Source: Anaerolineales bacterium
GTDB lineage: Bacteria; Chloroflexota; Anaerolineae; Anaerolineales; UBA11579
Direction of reading: 5' to 3'
DNA length: 64,000 bases
Assembly (NCBI GenBank): GCA_040882365.1
Contig: JBBEBI010000038.1
Location: 2,678 to 66,677 of the forward strand
This document shows, in pieces, positions 1 to 9,411 of this stretch. The translations under genes and the position numbers were made by a program. The notes beneath the pieces were generated by a model, which was not told the DNA's origin, made no database searches, and saw only the letters and a list, made by a program, of their open reading frames with translations. The stretch's first letter is position 1. Each line of letters begins with the position of its first letter.

Positions 1-118
1 GAAACTCGGGCACGGTGAAACCAGGCCCGCGCTGTGAGCGGAACTCCTTGCGGATGACGCGCATCACCAGGGGGATCACTTCCAGGACGCTATCGGCGGT
101 AGGGCGTAGCGGAGACAT
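1..118 (-). CDS. MarR-family transcriptional regulator (N-terminal part, runs off the window)
   Basis: Manual translation from ATG at 118: MSPLRPTADSVLEVIPLVMRVIRKEFRSQRGPGFTVPEF..., resembling a MarR N-terminus. TATAAT lies 6 nt upstream. Not in the ORF track. Confidence 0.6.
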   Translation of the reverse strand, partial: MSPLRPTADSVLEVIPLVMRVIRKEFRSQRGPGFTVPEF

Positions 119-262
119 ATTTCGATTATAAAATTAATTCCAAAGCGAACTATATCACTGTGAAAGTAAAAGGTCAATCCCTAGTGTGGGCGGTCGGACG
201 TAATTCCAACAGGGACAAGCTAAAATGAAGTCAACTCAGGCGTATCTAATTCAGGAGGAGAT

Positions 263-1189
263 ATGGATTTCTTCGCGCAGTTTTTCTGGTGGTTCTTCTG
301 GGGGCTGGTGGTCTTGGTATTGCTGCCAGGCACCATTTTCACGGTCCAACAACAAACCGCGGTCATCGCTCAGCGCTTCGGTAAGTTCGTGCGTATCTAT
401 AAGGCCGGGCTCAATTTCAAGATCCCGCTCATCGAACAAATTGCTGGCCGAGTAAATCTGCGTTTGCAGCAACTGGATGTGGAGATCGAGACCAAGACCA
501 AGGACAACGTTTTCGTTCGCATGGTGGTCTCCGTGCAATACCTGATTCGTGAGGACAAGGTTTACGACGCTTTCTACAAACTGCAGGATCCGCACACGCA
601 GATCAAATCCTTTGTTTTCGACGTCGTCCGTTCCAATGTTCCTAAAATGATCCTGGATGAAGTGTTCGAGAATAAAGACGACATTGCCAATGCGGTACGT
701 ACGGAACTCTCCGAAGCCATGAATGACTTTGGTTATGACATCCGCCAGACCCTGATCACCGATATCGACCCGGATGAAAAGGTCAAGCAGGCGATGAACG
801 AGATCAACACTCAGCAGCGCTTGCGCCTGGCGGCCACCGAGAAAGCCCAGGCCGAATACATCATGACTGTGCGCGCCGCCGAAGGCGAAGCCGAGAGCAA
901 GCGCCTGCAGGGCGTGGGCATTGCCAACCAGCGCAAGGAGATCGCCCAGGGCCTCAGCACGGCGGTCGTTGATTTTCAGAAAGAGATCAGCAGCGTTTCT
1001 CCCCAAACGGTGATGGACCTGCTTATGGTCACCCAGCACTTCGACATGCTTAAGGATATCGGCGCCCACGCGGGCAGCAAGGTCATTCTTATCCCCTATT
1101 CGCCCAATGCAGTAGGCGACCTGACCGACCAAATGCGCAACGCCATCTTTGTCGCCAACGAGATGGGTAAAGAAGAGAAAAATAAATAG
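263..1189 (+). CDS. SPFH/band-7 membrane protein (plant HIR-like subfamily)
   Basis: N-terminal TM segment; RFGKF..AGL, ETKTKDNVFV, DAFYKL, DIDPDEKVKQAMNEIN and AEGEAESKRLQG motifs; SD AGGAGG. Confidence 0.92.
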   Translation: MDFFAQFFWWFFWGLVVLVLLPGTIFTVQQQTAVIAQRFGKFVRIYKAGLNFKIPLIEQIAGRVNLRLQQLDVEIETKTKDNVFVRMVVSVQYLIREDKVYDAFYKLQDPHTQIKSFVFDVVRSNVPKMILDEVFENKDDIANAVRTELSEAMNDFGYDIRQTLITDIDPDEKVKQAMNEINTQQRLRLAATEKAQAEYIMTVRAAEGEAESKRLQGVGIANQRKEIAQGLSTAVVDFQKEISSVSPQTVMDLLMVTQHFDMLKDIGAHAGSKVILIPYSPNAVGDLTDQMRNAIFVANEMGKEEKNK

Positions 1190-1285
1190 GAGTAGTGCCC
1201 TTCTAATCAATACGGGCAATTACTTGTGTTTTTTGTTGTCCCAACTTAATTCATTTTCGCAGCGCGAACTCTATAGGCCAAACAA

Positions 1286-1314
1286 TTGACCGGGTTACCT
1301 TCTCATAATATAAT
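1286..1314 (+). promoter_or_regulatory. Near-consensus sigma70 promoter for the 618-aa gene
   Basis: TTGACC (1286-1291), N17, TATAAT (1309-1314). Confidence 0.7.
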
Positions 1315-1365
1315 CACGACTTACATTCTTTTTCGTCCTTATGAAGAAAGGGAGACAAAGCAGCT

Positions 1366-3222
1366 ATGGACATTGAAAAATTCCTGTCTGAACAAGTAAA
1401 ACCAGGAGAAACATTCACAGCGGGAGTTGCTAGTATAGATTTTATTAATGCCACAGAGCTCTCTGGTACACCTCAGCAAATCGCCGACACCAAAACAGCC
1501 TTTCTAGAACTGGTCTCATCGCTTATCGAAAATCAACCTATTGCAGTATTGAATTGGTCGGGAGATGGTGGCCTGTTGATCTGTGACGGGGCACGTGGAT
1601 TTGACGACCTTGTTGTTGTGTGTGACAAGACATTGGGATTTTTACCCTTTTTCAATCGCTCCTTGGGACGCTTCACCTATTTGAATGATGATCGCATTCA
1701 TGTACGAATTGTGTGCAACTCGGCCTTTGTGCAGAACACCGGCGAAGCGAAGACGTTCACTGCCGAAGTGGTAAATAAAACAGCCAAATATGAAAGAAAT
1801 ATTGGTATCCGGGATCACTTGGTTGTCACCAGTAATATTTACAGCGGCCTGTCGCTTGATTTTCAAAGGAGGCTTGCTCCCAGCTCAGTCTCAGACAATA
1901 AACTTGGACCTTATTACGTTTTAGATGCGCTTGAGAGTAATTCGATCGTTCGCAGAAATGAATTTACCTCGGAGAAGATCAGAGATTGGATCGCAGCTGC
2001 GGCGAAGTTAAAAAAGTATGACGAAATCATGATTTTTACTTATACGAATGAAAGCCTTTATGAGTACTTGAGTACGCCGTTACCGGGCATAACCATTAGG
2101 GTATTGGCTAGAAATTGGCTCAAGGAAGCCGAAGAGGAGAATGCTTATAACCACAAGATGAGCCAAACTTCCCCGGCTTCAGAGCTCCGTAGATTATGGA
2201 AAAAGGCAGACGTTATAAAACGCGACGCTGAAATATTGATTGATGAAAGGCGCGATCAGCCTTATAAAAATGAATTCAACATAAGGTTTTATGAATCAAG
2301 GCCGCTTTTCAAAGGTATTATCTTGCGCAACTCACAAACAAAAAGGAGGATCGGGTACATAGGCCATTATGCCTGGGACCTTGATTGGCAGACGGGAGGG
2401 AGCCCGATCATTGGCGAGAATTGGTCAGCAGTTTGGCTGAGTGAAGACGGCGGCAGCCAATCGAATATGTTGGATGCAGTTACCAGCCGGTTTGAAGAGC
2501 TGTGGGAAAATGGCAAGAGCTTTGAAGAACTTGATGAAACTGAACAACAACAGGCTCTCATTGCTCAATACAAAGAAAACGTTAAGGCTGTGTGGGAAAT
2601 AGATGATAAGCCTTTTCTGGTTATCGTTCCCGGACGCGAAAAACCAGGAAGGCTTTATCCGCTGGTGGGGGCTGAAGATTTATTGGCCATGCGCAGTGTG
2701 GAGAGATTCCTGCGTGAACATGGGGCCGCCTTTGCGCTAAAGATAATGACAACCGGGGATTCAACTGAGATAAGCAAGAAGTGGGACGGCCATCTTATTT
2801 ATATCTGCCATAGAACTATCAGCCCCGAGTATTTGACTGAACTCAAAAAAGGGGGCTTCCCATATGATATTGTGACCAAAGAAGGAGGAAAACCAAGCAT
2901 CGTGCATATTCCTTACAAGCACGAGTATTTTTCTCCGATGGATGAAGATTCACCGCAAGAAAGAGATTTTTGTCTTGTCGCAAAGACCCGCCGCCCTGAC
3001 AAGGCAGGTAGTTTATTCATTATCGCCGGATTGCATGGGATGGGGACGCTAGCTGGGGCCCAATATCTAACAAATCAAGATCAGCTTAGAATTCTTTTTG
3101 AAGCGCGAAAGAATCTCGATTTTTGCACCGTGGTCGAATGTGAATTCAGAGAGCTCTGGGAAATAGTAAAAATGGAGAATGTAACCTTCCCGGAAGGCTC
3201 CGAGAAACTGGCTGCCAACTGA
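1366..3222 (+). CDS. Multidomain protein: class III nucleotide cyclase-like N-terminus, PLD-fold/DUF5919-like middle domain, uncharacterised C-terminal alpha/beta domain
   Basis: 618-aa ORF, visibly AT-richer than its flanks. Cyclase-like motifs SIDFINAT (D25), WSGDG (D67), HVRIVCNS, VVNKTAKYE and LVVTSNIY. Middle domain has IRFYESRP...FEELWE. C-terminus has DFCLVAK...IIAGLHGMGTLAGAQYL. Confidence 0.6.
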   Translation: MDIEKFLSEQVKPGETFTAGVASIDFINATELSGTPQQIADTKTAFLELVSSLIENQPIAVLNWSGDGGLLICDGARGFDDLVVVCDKTLGFLPFFNRSLGRFTYLNDDRIHVRIVCNSAFVQNTGEAKTFTAEVVNKTAKYERNIGIRDHLVVTSNIYSGLSLDFQRRLAPSSVSDNKLGPYYVLDALESNSIVRRNEFTSEKIRDWIAAAAKLKKYDEIMIFTYTNESLYEYLSTPLPGITIRVLARNWLKEAEEENAYNHKMSQTSPASELRRLWKKADVIKRDAEILIDERRDQPYKNEFNIRFYESRPLFKGIILRNSQTKRRIGYIGHYAWDLDWQTGGSPIIGENWSAVWLSEDGGSQSNMLDAVTSRFEELWENGKSFEELDETEQQQALIAQYKENVKAVWEIDDKPFLVIVPGREKPGRLYPLVGAEDLLAMRSVERFLREHGAAFALKIMTTGDSTEISKKWDGHLIYICHRTISPEYLTELKKGGFPYDIVTKEGGKPSIVHIPYKHEYFSPMDEDSPQERDFCLVAKTRRPDKAGSLFIIAGLHGMGTLAGAQYLTNQDQLRILFEARKNLDFCTVVECEFRELWEIVKMENVTFPEGSEKLAAN

Positions 3223-3267
3223 GCCACCTGCTTGAGGTGCCCCCAGGTGAATCTTGCTAGCGAAACC

Positions 3268-3528
3268 TTAGTCTTTTACCCTTATCGAGTACATCGTAGG
3301 CATCTTGGCCACGAACGGGCACTGGGAAGCGCCGGGGCAAGTCGATCCGCAGGTGGCGGCGCAAGGGCTGGCATTCACTTCGTCGCCCATCTGCAGCCGG
3401 CCTTTGCCAACCCAAAACTCGATCATCCCCTTGAGCGCGCTGGGCTCTATATTCACTTTCGCCGCCAACTCATCCAGCCGCAGTGTGCCCTGTGCAGCCT
3501 GCATTTCGCGAAGTACTCGGCTCAGCAT
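3268..3528 (-). CDS. feoC: FeoC-like winged-helix, Cys-rich protein
   Basis: MLSRVLREM...LDELAAKVNIEPSALKGMIEFWVGKGRL followed by C-x3-C-x3-C-x5-C; last gene of the feo operon. Confidence 0.75.
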   Translation of the reverse strand: MLSRVLREMQAAQGTLRLDELAAKVNIEPSALKGMIEFWVGKGRLQMGDEVNASPCAATCGSTCPGASQCPFVAKMPTMYSIRVKD

Positions 3529-3530
3529 TT

Positions 3531-5273
3531 CTATCCCAACCCCAGTAACAGGCCACCCTGGAAGACCGCGAAGGCCATGAGCCAGGCCAAAGCCGTTTGC
3601 CCCAGGATGCTGGCCCACATCACCCGGCTGCCGAATTCCTGGCGCTCAGCGGCCACCGCCGCCATGCAAGGCGTGTAGAGCAATACGAAGACCATGAAAG
3701 CCAGGCCGGCCAGGGCGCCGTGCCCTGTACCTTGAACCTGGCTGATCCGCTCGAAGCCGCTGCCAATGGAAACCATGAGGTCCGTTTGGGGTGATTCTTC
3801 CTGTGCCTCGCGCAGATCGATGCCGATGATCAGCGGCAAAGCCTTCAGCGTATCCACCGTGGCTTTCACAAAACCTTCCCCGATATCCCCAAGCTCTTCG
3901 ATAAAGCTGCCGGTCGATGGCGCGTAGGCAGCCGCCTCCGTGTTGTACACCTGAGCCAGCGTGCTTACGACCACTTCTTTGGCCACAAAGCCGCTGAACA
4001 AGGCCCCGCTGGCCTCCCAACTGCCAAAGCCCAGCGGTTGGAACAGCGGCGCGGCCGCGGATGAGACCTTGGCGAACAGGCTCTGCTCGACGGGCGTATC
4101 GGCAAAGGTGCCGTTCCCGGCCACCGGCAAGGCCATACTCAGCCATAACAGCACACTCACGATCACAATGATTCCACCGGCCTTGCGCACAAAACCGCCG
4201 GTGTGCTCTCGCACGTGAAACCAGATCGACTTCAGGCTAGGCAGACGAAAGGGCGGCAATTCCATCACAAAGGTCGAGGCCTGCTTGCCTTTGAAGGCCG
4301 TGTTCTTTAGCACCAGACCCACGCCGACTGCCGTAAAGATGCCGAATAAGTACATGCCGAACACAACACTCCCACCGGCCGCCGGAAAGAAAACAGCCGC
4401 AAACAAAAGGTAGACAGGCAGGCGAGCGCCGCAACTCATGAAGGGCACCAGCAGGGCGGTGAGGATGCGGTCCCGCCGGTTTTCCAGGATGCGCGTTGCA
4501 AAAAAGGCAGGCACGGTGCAGCCGAAGCCCACCAGCATGGGCAGGAAACTCTTGCCATGCAGGCCTAATGTGTTCATCAGGCGGTCCATCACGAAGGCGG
4601 CCCGCGCCATATAGCCCGAATCCTCCAGGATGCCCAGCACAAGATAAAGGGACATGAGCACGGGAAGGAACACCAGCACGCCGCCCACGCCGGCGATGAC
4701 GCCACCCACCACTAGGCTTTCCATCCAACTGCCTCCCAAGCCCAGAACGCCAAAAAAAACTTGCGCCCAGTGAGTGAGTGGTCCATTGATCACCGCGTCC
4801 ACCCAATTCAGGAAGGGGGCCGAGACGTCAACTGTGATCTTCAAAGTCGCCCACATGGCGAACAGAAAGATGGGGATGCCGAAGGTGCGGCTGGTGAGTA
4901 TGCGATCGACGCGATCCGAAACTGAAACGGTAGGCGAAGCCGGTCGAGCTACTGCCTGTCGCACCAGGTTGTTGATCCAGGTGTAGCGCCGGTCGGCAAT
5001 AAGCGCGTCGGCATCATCGCCGAAACGCGCCGCCAGTCTCGCTGCGGCCTCGCGCGCCTGGAGAACAACGGCTTGGCCACCGTCTTGGTTGGCTATCTCG
5101 TCCAGGACCTTTTCGTCACCCTCCAGCAATTTGACGGCCAGCCAGCGCGGCGAAGCATTACCAGCAAGGGGAGTGTTGGCAACCGCCCGTTGCAAACGGG
5201 AGATCTCTGCTTCAAAATCCGTGCCGTAGTCGAGACGAAACTCTTGAAGGGAAAGTAAACCCGCGCCCATCAT
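3531..5273 (-). CDS. feoB: Ferrous iron transport protein B, helical and membrane domains (split FeoB, C-terminal part)
   Basis: LEDSGYMARAAF, GFGCTVPA, PFMSCGARLPVY, FVMELPPFR, AKEVVV and LYTPC motifs; no G-domain. Confidence 0.92.
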   Translation of the reverse strand: MMGAGLLSLQEFRLDYGTDFEAEISRLQRAVANTPLAGNASPRWLAVKLLEGDEKVLDEIANQDGGQAVVLQAREAAARLAARFGDDADALIADRRYTWINNLVRQAVARPASPTVSVSDRVDRILTSRTFGIPIFLFAMWATLKITVDVSAPFLNWVDAVINGPLTHWAQVFFGVLGLGGSWMESLVVGGVIAGVGGVLVFLPVLMSLYLVLGILEDSGYMARAAFVMDRLMNTLGLHGKSFLPMLVGFGCTVPAFFATRILENRRDRILTALLVPFMSCGARLPVYLLFAAVFFPAAGGSVVFGMYLFGIFTAVGVGLVLKNTAFKGKQASTFVMELPPFRLPSLKSIWFHVREHTGGFVRKAGGIIVIVSVLLWLSMALPVAGNGTFADTPVEQSLFAKVSSAAAPLFQPLGFGSWEASGALFSGFVAKEVVVSTLAQVYNTEAAAYAPSTGSFIEELGDIGEGFVKATVDTLKALPLIIGIDLREAQEESPQTDLMVSIGSGFERISQVQGTGHGALAGLAFMVFVLLYTPCMAAVAAERQEFGSRVMWASILGQTALAWLMAFAVFQGGLLLGLG

Positions 5274-5821
5274 GCTCCAGTGGCGAACTTCACCAGCTCG
5301 GCGCGCAGGGCCTCTACCCCTCCGCCGCGGCTGGCCACTGTGGCTAAGGTGGGCGCGCCCAGCGATTTGTGGAGCAGCTCCAGATCGATGCGCAACCCGC
5401 GCGCCGCGGCCAGATCGCTCATGTTGAGCGCCACGATCAGGGGTGAGCCCAGTTCCAGCAGTTGCACCGTGAGATAGAGATTACGTTCCAGGTTGGAAGC
5501 GTCCACCACAGCCACGACAGCATCCGGTTTTTCGTTGAGGATGTAATCGCGGGCGATGACTTCTTCGATGGAGAAGGCGCTGAGGCTATAGATGCCGGGC
5601 AGATCCACCAGTTCGATTTCCACGCCGTCTTGGAAGAAGCTTCCCTGTTTCTTCTCCACGGTTTTCCCCGGCCAGTTGCCCACGTGCTGCCGTGAGCCGG
5701 TGAGCTGGTTGAACAGGCTGCTCTTGCCCGCGTTCGGATTTCCAGCCAGGGCCACGCGCAGCTTTTTCTTTTTTTCGGGACCCTTGGTGCCGCAGCAATT
5801 ATGCCCTCCGCCGTTAATCAT
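5270..5821 (-). CDS. feoB: FeoB small GTPase domain (split FeoB, N-terminal part)
   Basis: G1 GNPNAGKS, VGNWPGKTVE, G3 DLPG, G4 NMSD; ATGA overlap with the downstream membrane-domain ORF. Confidence 0.92.
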   Translation of the reverse strand: MINGGGHNCCGTKGPEKKKKLRVALAGNPNAGKSSLFNQLTGSRQHVGNWPGKTVEKKQGSFFQDGVEIELVDLPGIYSLSAFSIEEVIARDYILNEKPDAVVAVVDASNLERNLYLTVQLLELGSPLIVALNMSDLAAARGLRIDLELLHKSLGAPTLATVASRGGGVEALRAELVKFATGA

Positions 5822-6054
5822 TACTGCACCTCGACCAGCACCAGCTGCGCCTCACGCTTGCGCAGCGAGAGGCGGTAACCTTTGATCTGGTATTCCACCG
5901 GATCACCCAGCGGAGCGACGCGTACCACCTCGATGCGTTCGCCGCGCACCAGGCCCATCACCAGCAGGCGCTGGCGGTCGGCGCCTTTGGCTGCCAGTTT
6001 TAAGATGCGCCCGGTTTGGCCGGTCTTCAACTCGCTAAGCAACGCAGCTTGCAT
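5821..6054 (-). CDS. feoA: Ferrous iron transport protein A
   Basis: RLLVMGL..G..I..VRVAPLGDPVEY..GYRLSLRK.EA. Confidence 0.95.
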   Translation of the reverse strand: MQAALLSELKTGQTGRILKLAAKGADRQRLLVMGLVRGERIEVVRVAPLGDPVEYQIKGYRLSLRKREAQLVLVEVQ

Positions 6055-6062
6055 GCCAGCAC

Positions 6063-6728
6063 CTAGTCGATTAATTCCACAGCGAGGATCTGCTCCGCTA
6101 TGGCTCCAGTAAGTTCCGTGCGATCCCCTGTCGTTTCCACGAGTACATCGCCGCGGCTGCTGGTCGCCAGCAGGCTTACCTGTTTCCCCTCACTGATTCC
6201 TTGCGAATCCAAGAAGTGGCGCAGGGTTTCGTCTGCAATTTTCACGATTTGGTAACGGCGGCCCGCCTTTTGGTGGGTAAGCGGCTGCTCTATGATGGGT
6301 CCGGCTTCCTCCACAGCAGGAATGGGTAGACCCTGCGGGCTGGTTTGCGGGTGGCCTAAAAATCCGGCCAGACGCTCAGTGACCTCATCGGCGCCGAGAT
6401 GCTCGAAGCGGCAGGCGAGGGCGTCGGCTTCAGCAAAACCCAAATCCAACTGTTCGACGAGGAACAGCTCCCAAAGGCGGCGGCGTCGCAGCGTGCGATT
6501 GGCATGCCGGCGTCCTTCCGGTTGCAAGGCAACGCCCTTGTACGGTTGGTAGTCCAGGAGGCCTTCTTCCTGAAGTTTATGCACCATCTGGTTAGCGGAA
6601 ACGGGGACCACAGAAAGTTCGGTGGCCAGCCTGGAAAGCGGCACCGGGCCCTCCACTCCACGCTCGGCCAGTTTGGCCAGAGTGATCAGGTACATCTCTT
6701 CGCTTTCGCTCATCTTTAGGTCTTCCAT
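6063..6728 (-). CDS. DtxR/MntR-family metal-dependent repressor with C-terminal FeoA domain
   Basis: SESEEMYL, HTH, YQPYKGV.L, RLWELFL and ACRFEH motifs; start placed at ATG 6728 after GAGG. Confidence 0.9.
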   Translation of the reverse strand: MEDLKMSESEEMYLITLAKLAERGVEGPVPLSRLATELSVVPVSANQMVHKLQEEGLLDYQPYKGVALQPEGRRHANRTLRRRRLWELFLVEQLDLGFAEADALACRFEHLGADEVTERLAGFLGHPQTSPQGLPIPAVEEAGPIIEQPLTHQKAGRRYQIVKIADETLRHFLDSQGISEGKQVSLLATSSRGDVLVETTGDRTELTGAIAEQILAVELID

Positions 6729-6854
6729 AGCAACCTCGCCAACTCTTATGGGCAACCTTAACAATGCCCCAAAGCGGCCAGCTTGCCTACCAGCAGATGT
6801 CCCTCCCTATACGGTCAAACGTCCCTGGATGCCGGCCTAAGCTAAAATTGCCCT

Positions 6855-8810
6855 ATGCCTGCTACGCCGACTTCCGCCTCTTCCATCGTCTGGACGCCGA
6901 ACAAGGATTACATCGAAAACGCCCGCCTTACCAAGTTCATGCGCGCCTATGGCATCGGCAGCTTTGATGACCTGATGGCGCGCTCGACAAGCGACGTAGC
7001 CTGGTTCACCGAAGCCGTCTTGAAATTCCTCGATATCCAGTTCTACGAACCTTATTCCAAAGTAGTCGATCTTTCCAACGGGATAATGTGGCCTCAGTGG
7101 TGCGTGGGTGGCCGGATGAACATTGTGCACAATTGCCTCGACAAGTACATCGGCACAACCACCGAAAACCAACCCGCCCTTGTTTGGGAAGGCGAAAACG
7201 GCCAAGCGCTTACGCTCACCTATGGTGAGCTTTACGCACGGGTCAATCAAGCCGCCAGCGCGTTGCGCTCCCTCGGCCTGGGCAAAGGGGATGCGGTCGG
7301 CATCTTCATGCCTATGGTCCCGGAGATCGTTGTGGCCCTGTTGGCCATCGCCAAGATCGGCGGCATCATCTTGCCGCTCTTCTCCGGCTACGGCGTGGAC
7401 GCGGTGGTCAGCCGCCTGGCCGACGCAGATGCCAAGGCGCTATTCACCGCCGATGGCTTTCCGCGGCGCGGCAAGCCCGTCGAGATGAAATCCATCGCCG
7501 ATAAAGCCGCCGGCCAGTTGCCCAACCTCAAGCACCTCATCGTGCTTAAGCACGCCAACATCGAAGTACCTATCCTGCTAGGCCGCGATCATTGGTGGCA
7601 CGAATTCCTCGACACCCAGTCCCCGGAGGCGGACACCGAGCGCATCGCCGCGGAGGATCCACTGATGATCATCTACACCTCGGGCACCACCGGCCGCCCA
7701 AAGGGGGCCGTGCACACCCATTGTGGCTTCCCGGTCAAGGCCGCGCAGGACATGGCTTTTGGCACCGACGTGCGCCCCGGTCATCTCATTTATTGGATGA
7801 CGGATCTGGGCTGGATGATGGGCCCCTGGCTGGTGTTCGGCGCGCTGCTGCTGGGCGCCACCTTTTTTCTTTACGATGGCGCACACGATTTCCCTGGTCC
7901 AAACCGGCTTTGGGCGCTGGTGGAGAAACACAAGATCACCACCCTGGGTGTTTCGCCCACGCTGATCCGCGCCCTCATTCCTTTTGGCGAGAAGCCGGTG
8001 AAAGCCCACGATCTATCCGCCCTGCGCTATTTTGCCTCCACCGGCGAACCCTGGAATCCCGACCCCTGGCATTGGCTCTTCGAGGTCGTCGGTGAATCCA
8101 AGCGGCCCATCATCAACTATTCCGGCGGCACGGAGATCTCGGGCGGCATCCTGATGGGAAACCCCATCCTGCCGCTCAAGGCCACGGCCTTCGCCGGGCC
8201 TTGCCCTGGCATGGCCGCCGACGTCTTCAACGAAGCCGGCGAATCCGTCACCGGCGAAGTGGGCGAACTGGTCATCAAAGCGCCATGGATCGGCATGACC
8301 CGCGGCTTCTGGAAAGACCCCGCCCGCTATGAAGAGACGTATTGGTCGCGCTGGCCGAACGTGTGGGTGCACGGCGACTGGGCTGCCAAGGACGGGGATG
8401 GCCTCTGGTACATCCTCGGCCGCTCCGACGACACCATCAAGGTGGCCGGCAAGCGCCTTGGCCCGGCCGAAGTCGAATCCGTATTGGTTGCGCATCCGCA
8501 AGTCGTGGAAGCAGCCGCCATCGCCGTGCCCGACGAGCTCAAGGGAAACCAGGTGGTTTGCTTTTGCGTCCTTCAGTCCGGTGCCGCAGCCACGGAGGAA
8601 TTGCGCAAGGAACTGCGCGCCAGCCTGGTGGCCGCCCTTGGCAAGCCGCTGGCGCCCAAAGCCCTGCTCTTCGTCAGCGATCTGCCCAAGACGCGCAACG
8701 CCAAGGTGATGCGCCGCATGGTGCGCGCCGCCTATCTCGGCGAACCTGCCGGCGATACCTCGTCGCTAGTCAATCCGGAAGCGGTGGAGGAGATCAGACG
8801 CGCGCAATGA
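6855..8810 (+). CDS. Acetyl-CoA synthetase-like AMP-forming acyl-CoA ligase
   Basis: YTSGTTGRPKG, STGEPW, SGGTE, HGD, GRSDD and LPKTRNAKVMRR motifs. Confidence 0.9.
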   Translation: MPATPTSASSIVWTPNKDYIENARLTKFMRAYGIGSFDDLMARSTSDVAWFTEAVLKFLDIQFYEPYSKVVDLSNGIMWPQWCVGGRMNIVHNCLDKYIGTTTENQPALVWEGENGQALTLTYGELYARVNQAASALRSLGLGKGDAVGIFMPMVPEIVVALLAIAKIGGIILPLFSGYGVDAVVSRLADADAKALFTADGFPRRGKPVEMKSIADKAAGQLPNLKHLIVLKHANIEVPILLGRDHWWHEFLDTQSPEADTERIAAEDPLMIIYTSGTTGRPKGAVHTHCGFPVKAAQDMAFGTDVRPGHLIYWMTDLGWMMGPWLVFGALLLGATFFLYDGAHDFPGPNRLWALVEKHKITTLGVSPTLIRALIPFGEKPVKAHDLSALRYFASTGEPWNPDPWHWLFEVVGESKRPIINYSGGTEISGGILMGNPILPLKATAFAGPCPGMAADVFNEAGESVTGEVGELVIKAPWIGMTRGFWKDPARYEETYWSRWPNVWVHGDWAAKDGDGLWYILGRSDDTIKVAGKRLGPAEVESVLVAHPQVVEAAAIAVPDELKGNQVVCFCVLQSGAAATEELRKELRASLVAALGKPLAPKALLFVSDLPKTRNAKVMRRMVRAAYLGEPAGDTSSLVNPEAVEEIRRAQ

Positions 8811-8829
8811 TTATTAGTGCTTTTTTCTT

Positions 8830-8859
8830 TGTCATTCCGAGTGAGGGCGCCAAGCGAGG
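8830..8859 (+). repeat. Degenerate (C/T)GTC-type REP-like sequence
   Basis: TGTCATTCCGAGTGAGGGCGCCAAGCGAGG resembles the CGTCATTGCGAG... repeats at 23806 and 24225; lies between convergent genes. Confidence 0.35.
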
Positions 8860-8863
8860 CTGC

Positions 8864-9292
8864 TTATTCCATGATTGGCATCAAGAGATGCAATTCTGCT
8901 TGGCTGCGATAGAACTCAACATCGGGCCTGCTGGAGTCTTTCATGTACTTGGAATGCAGAAATGCGAAGATTTCGCCGATCTCCCCTGTATGCTCGCTCC
9001 AGTTTAGCAACTTCACACAGACGTACTTTCCGCTACCTAGGAGCATGGTGGGAAGGCCAAGGGCCTTGATTTCTTCCGGATCACTTGTTTCCAGGGTCGC
9101 ATAGTAAGTGATCTTGTCGCCTTCAGTAAAGGCCAGGCCATAGAAGCTTCTGCCTTTCAGCGACCTCAATTTGGATTCCAGGCGCTGCCAGCAGCCTTTT
9201 AAATCCTCAGGAAATTTGGTTGCCCGGCTAACCACTAGTTGAGCCCCTGGGAACTCAATAACATTCACTTTCAGTTCTGCGGGGAGGACCAT
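8864..9292 (-). CDS. GyrI-like small-molecule/effector-binding domain protein
   Basis: W.RL....KGRSFYG, GKY and RPDVEFYRSQAELHLLMP motifs; AAGGAG upstream of ATG 9292. Confidence 0.65.
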   Translation of the reverse strand: MVLPAELKVNVIEFPGAQLVVSRATKFPEDLKGCWQRLESKLRSLKGRSFYGLAFTEGDKITYYATLETSDPEEIKALGLPTMLLGSGKYVCVKLLNWSEHTGEIGEIFAFLHSKYMKDSSRPDVEFYRSQAELHLLMPIME

Positions 9293-9411
9293 ATTCCACT
9301 CCTTTGCAAGGATAGGCACCAAAGTCCTGATTTCAGTTTACGTCTCTATCGGGGAATATTTAACTGTCTCATATCGTCTTTGCTGGTTTCGATTATCATC
9401 GCAATGCTCCC

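Noticed and set aside
251..1219. 322-aa antisense ORF over the SPFH gene (and similar shadow ORFs such as 13570-14415, 24840-25568, 33451-34164, 56045-56692)
   Set aside because: They lie opposite well-supported genes, have no recognisable motifs, and are expected from codon bias in GC-rich DNA.
6745..6760. Imperfect palindrome TTATGGGCAACCTTAA upstream of the DtxR-family gene
   Set aside because: The position is plausible for an operator, but it is only 10/16 symmetric and too weak to call without comparative data.
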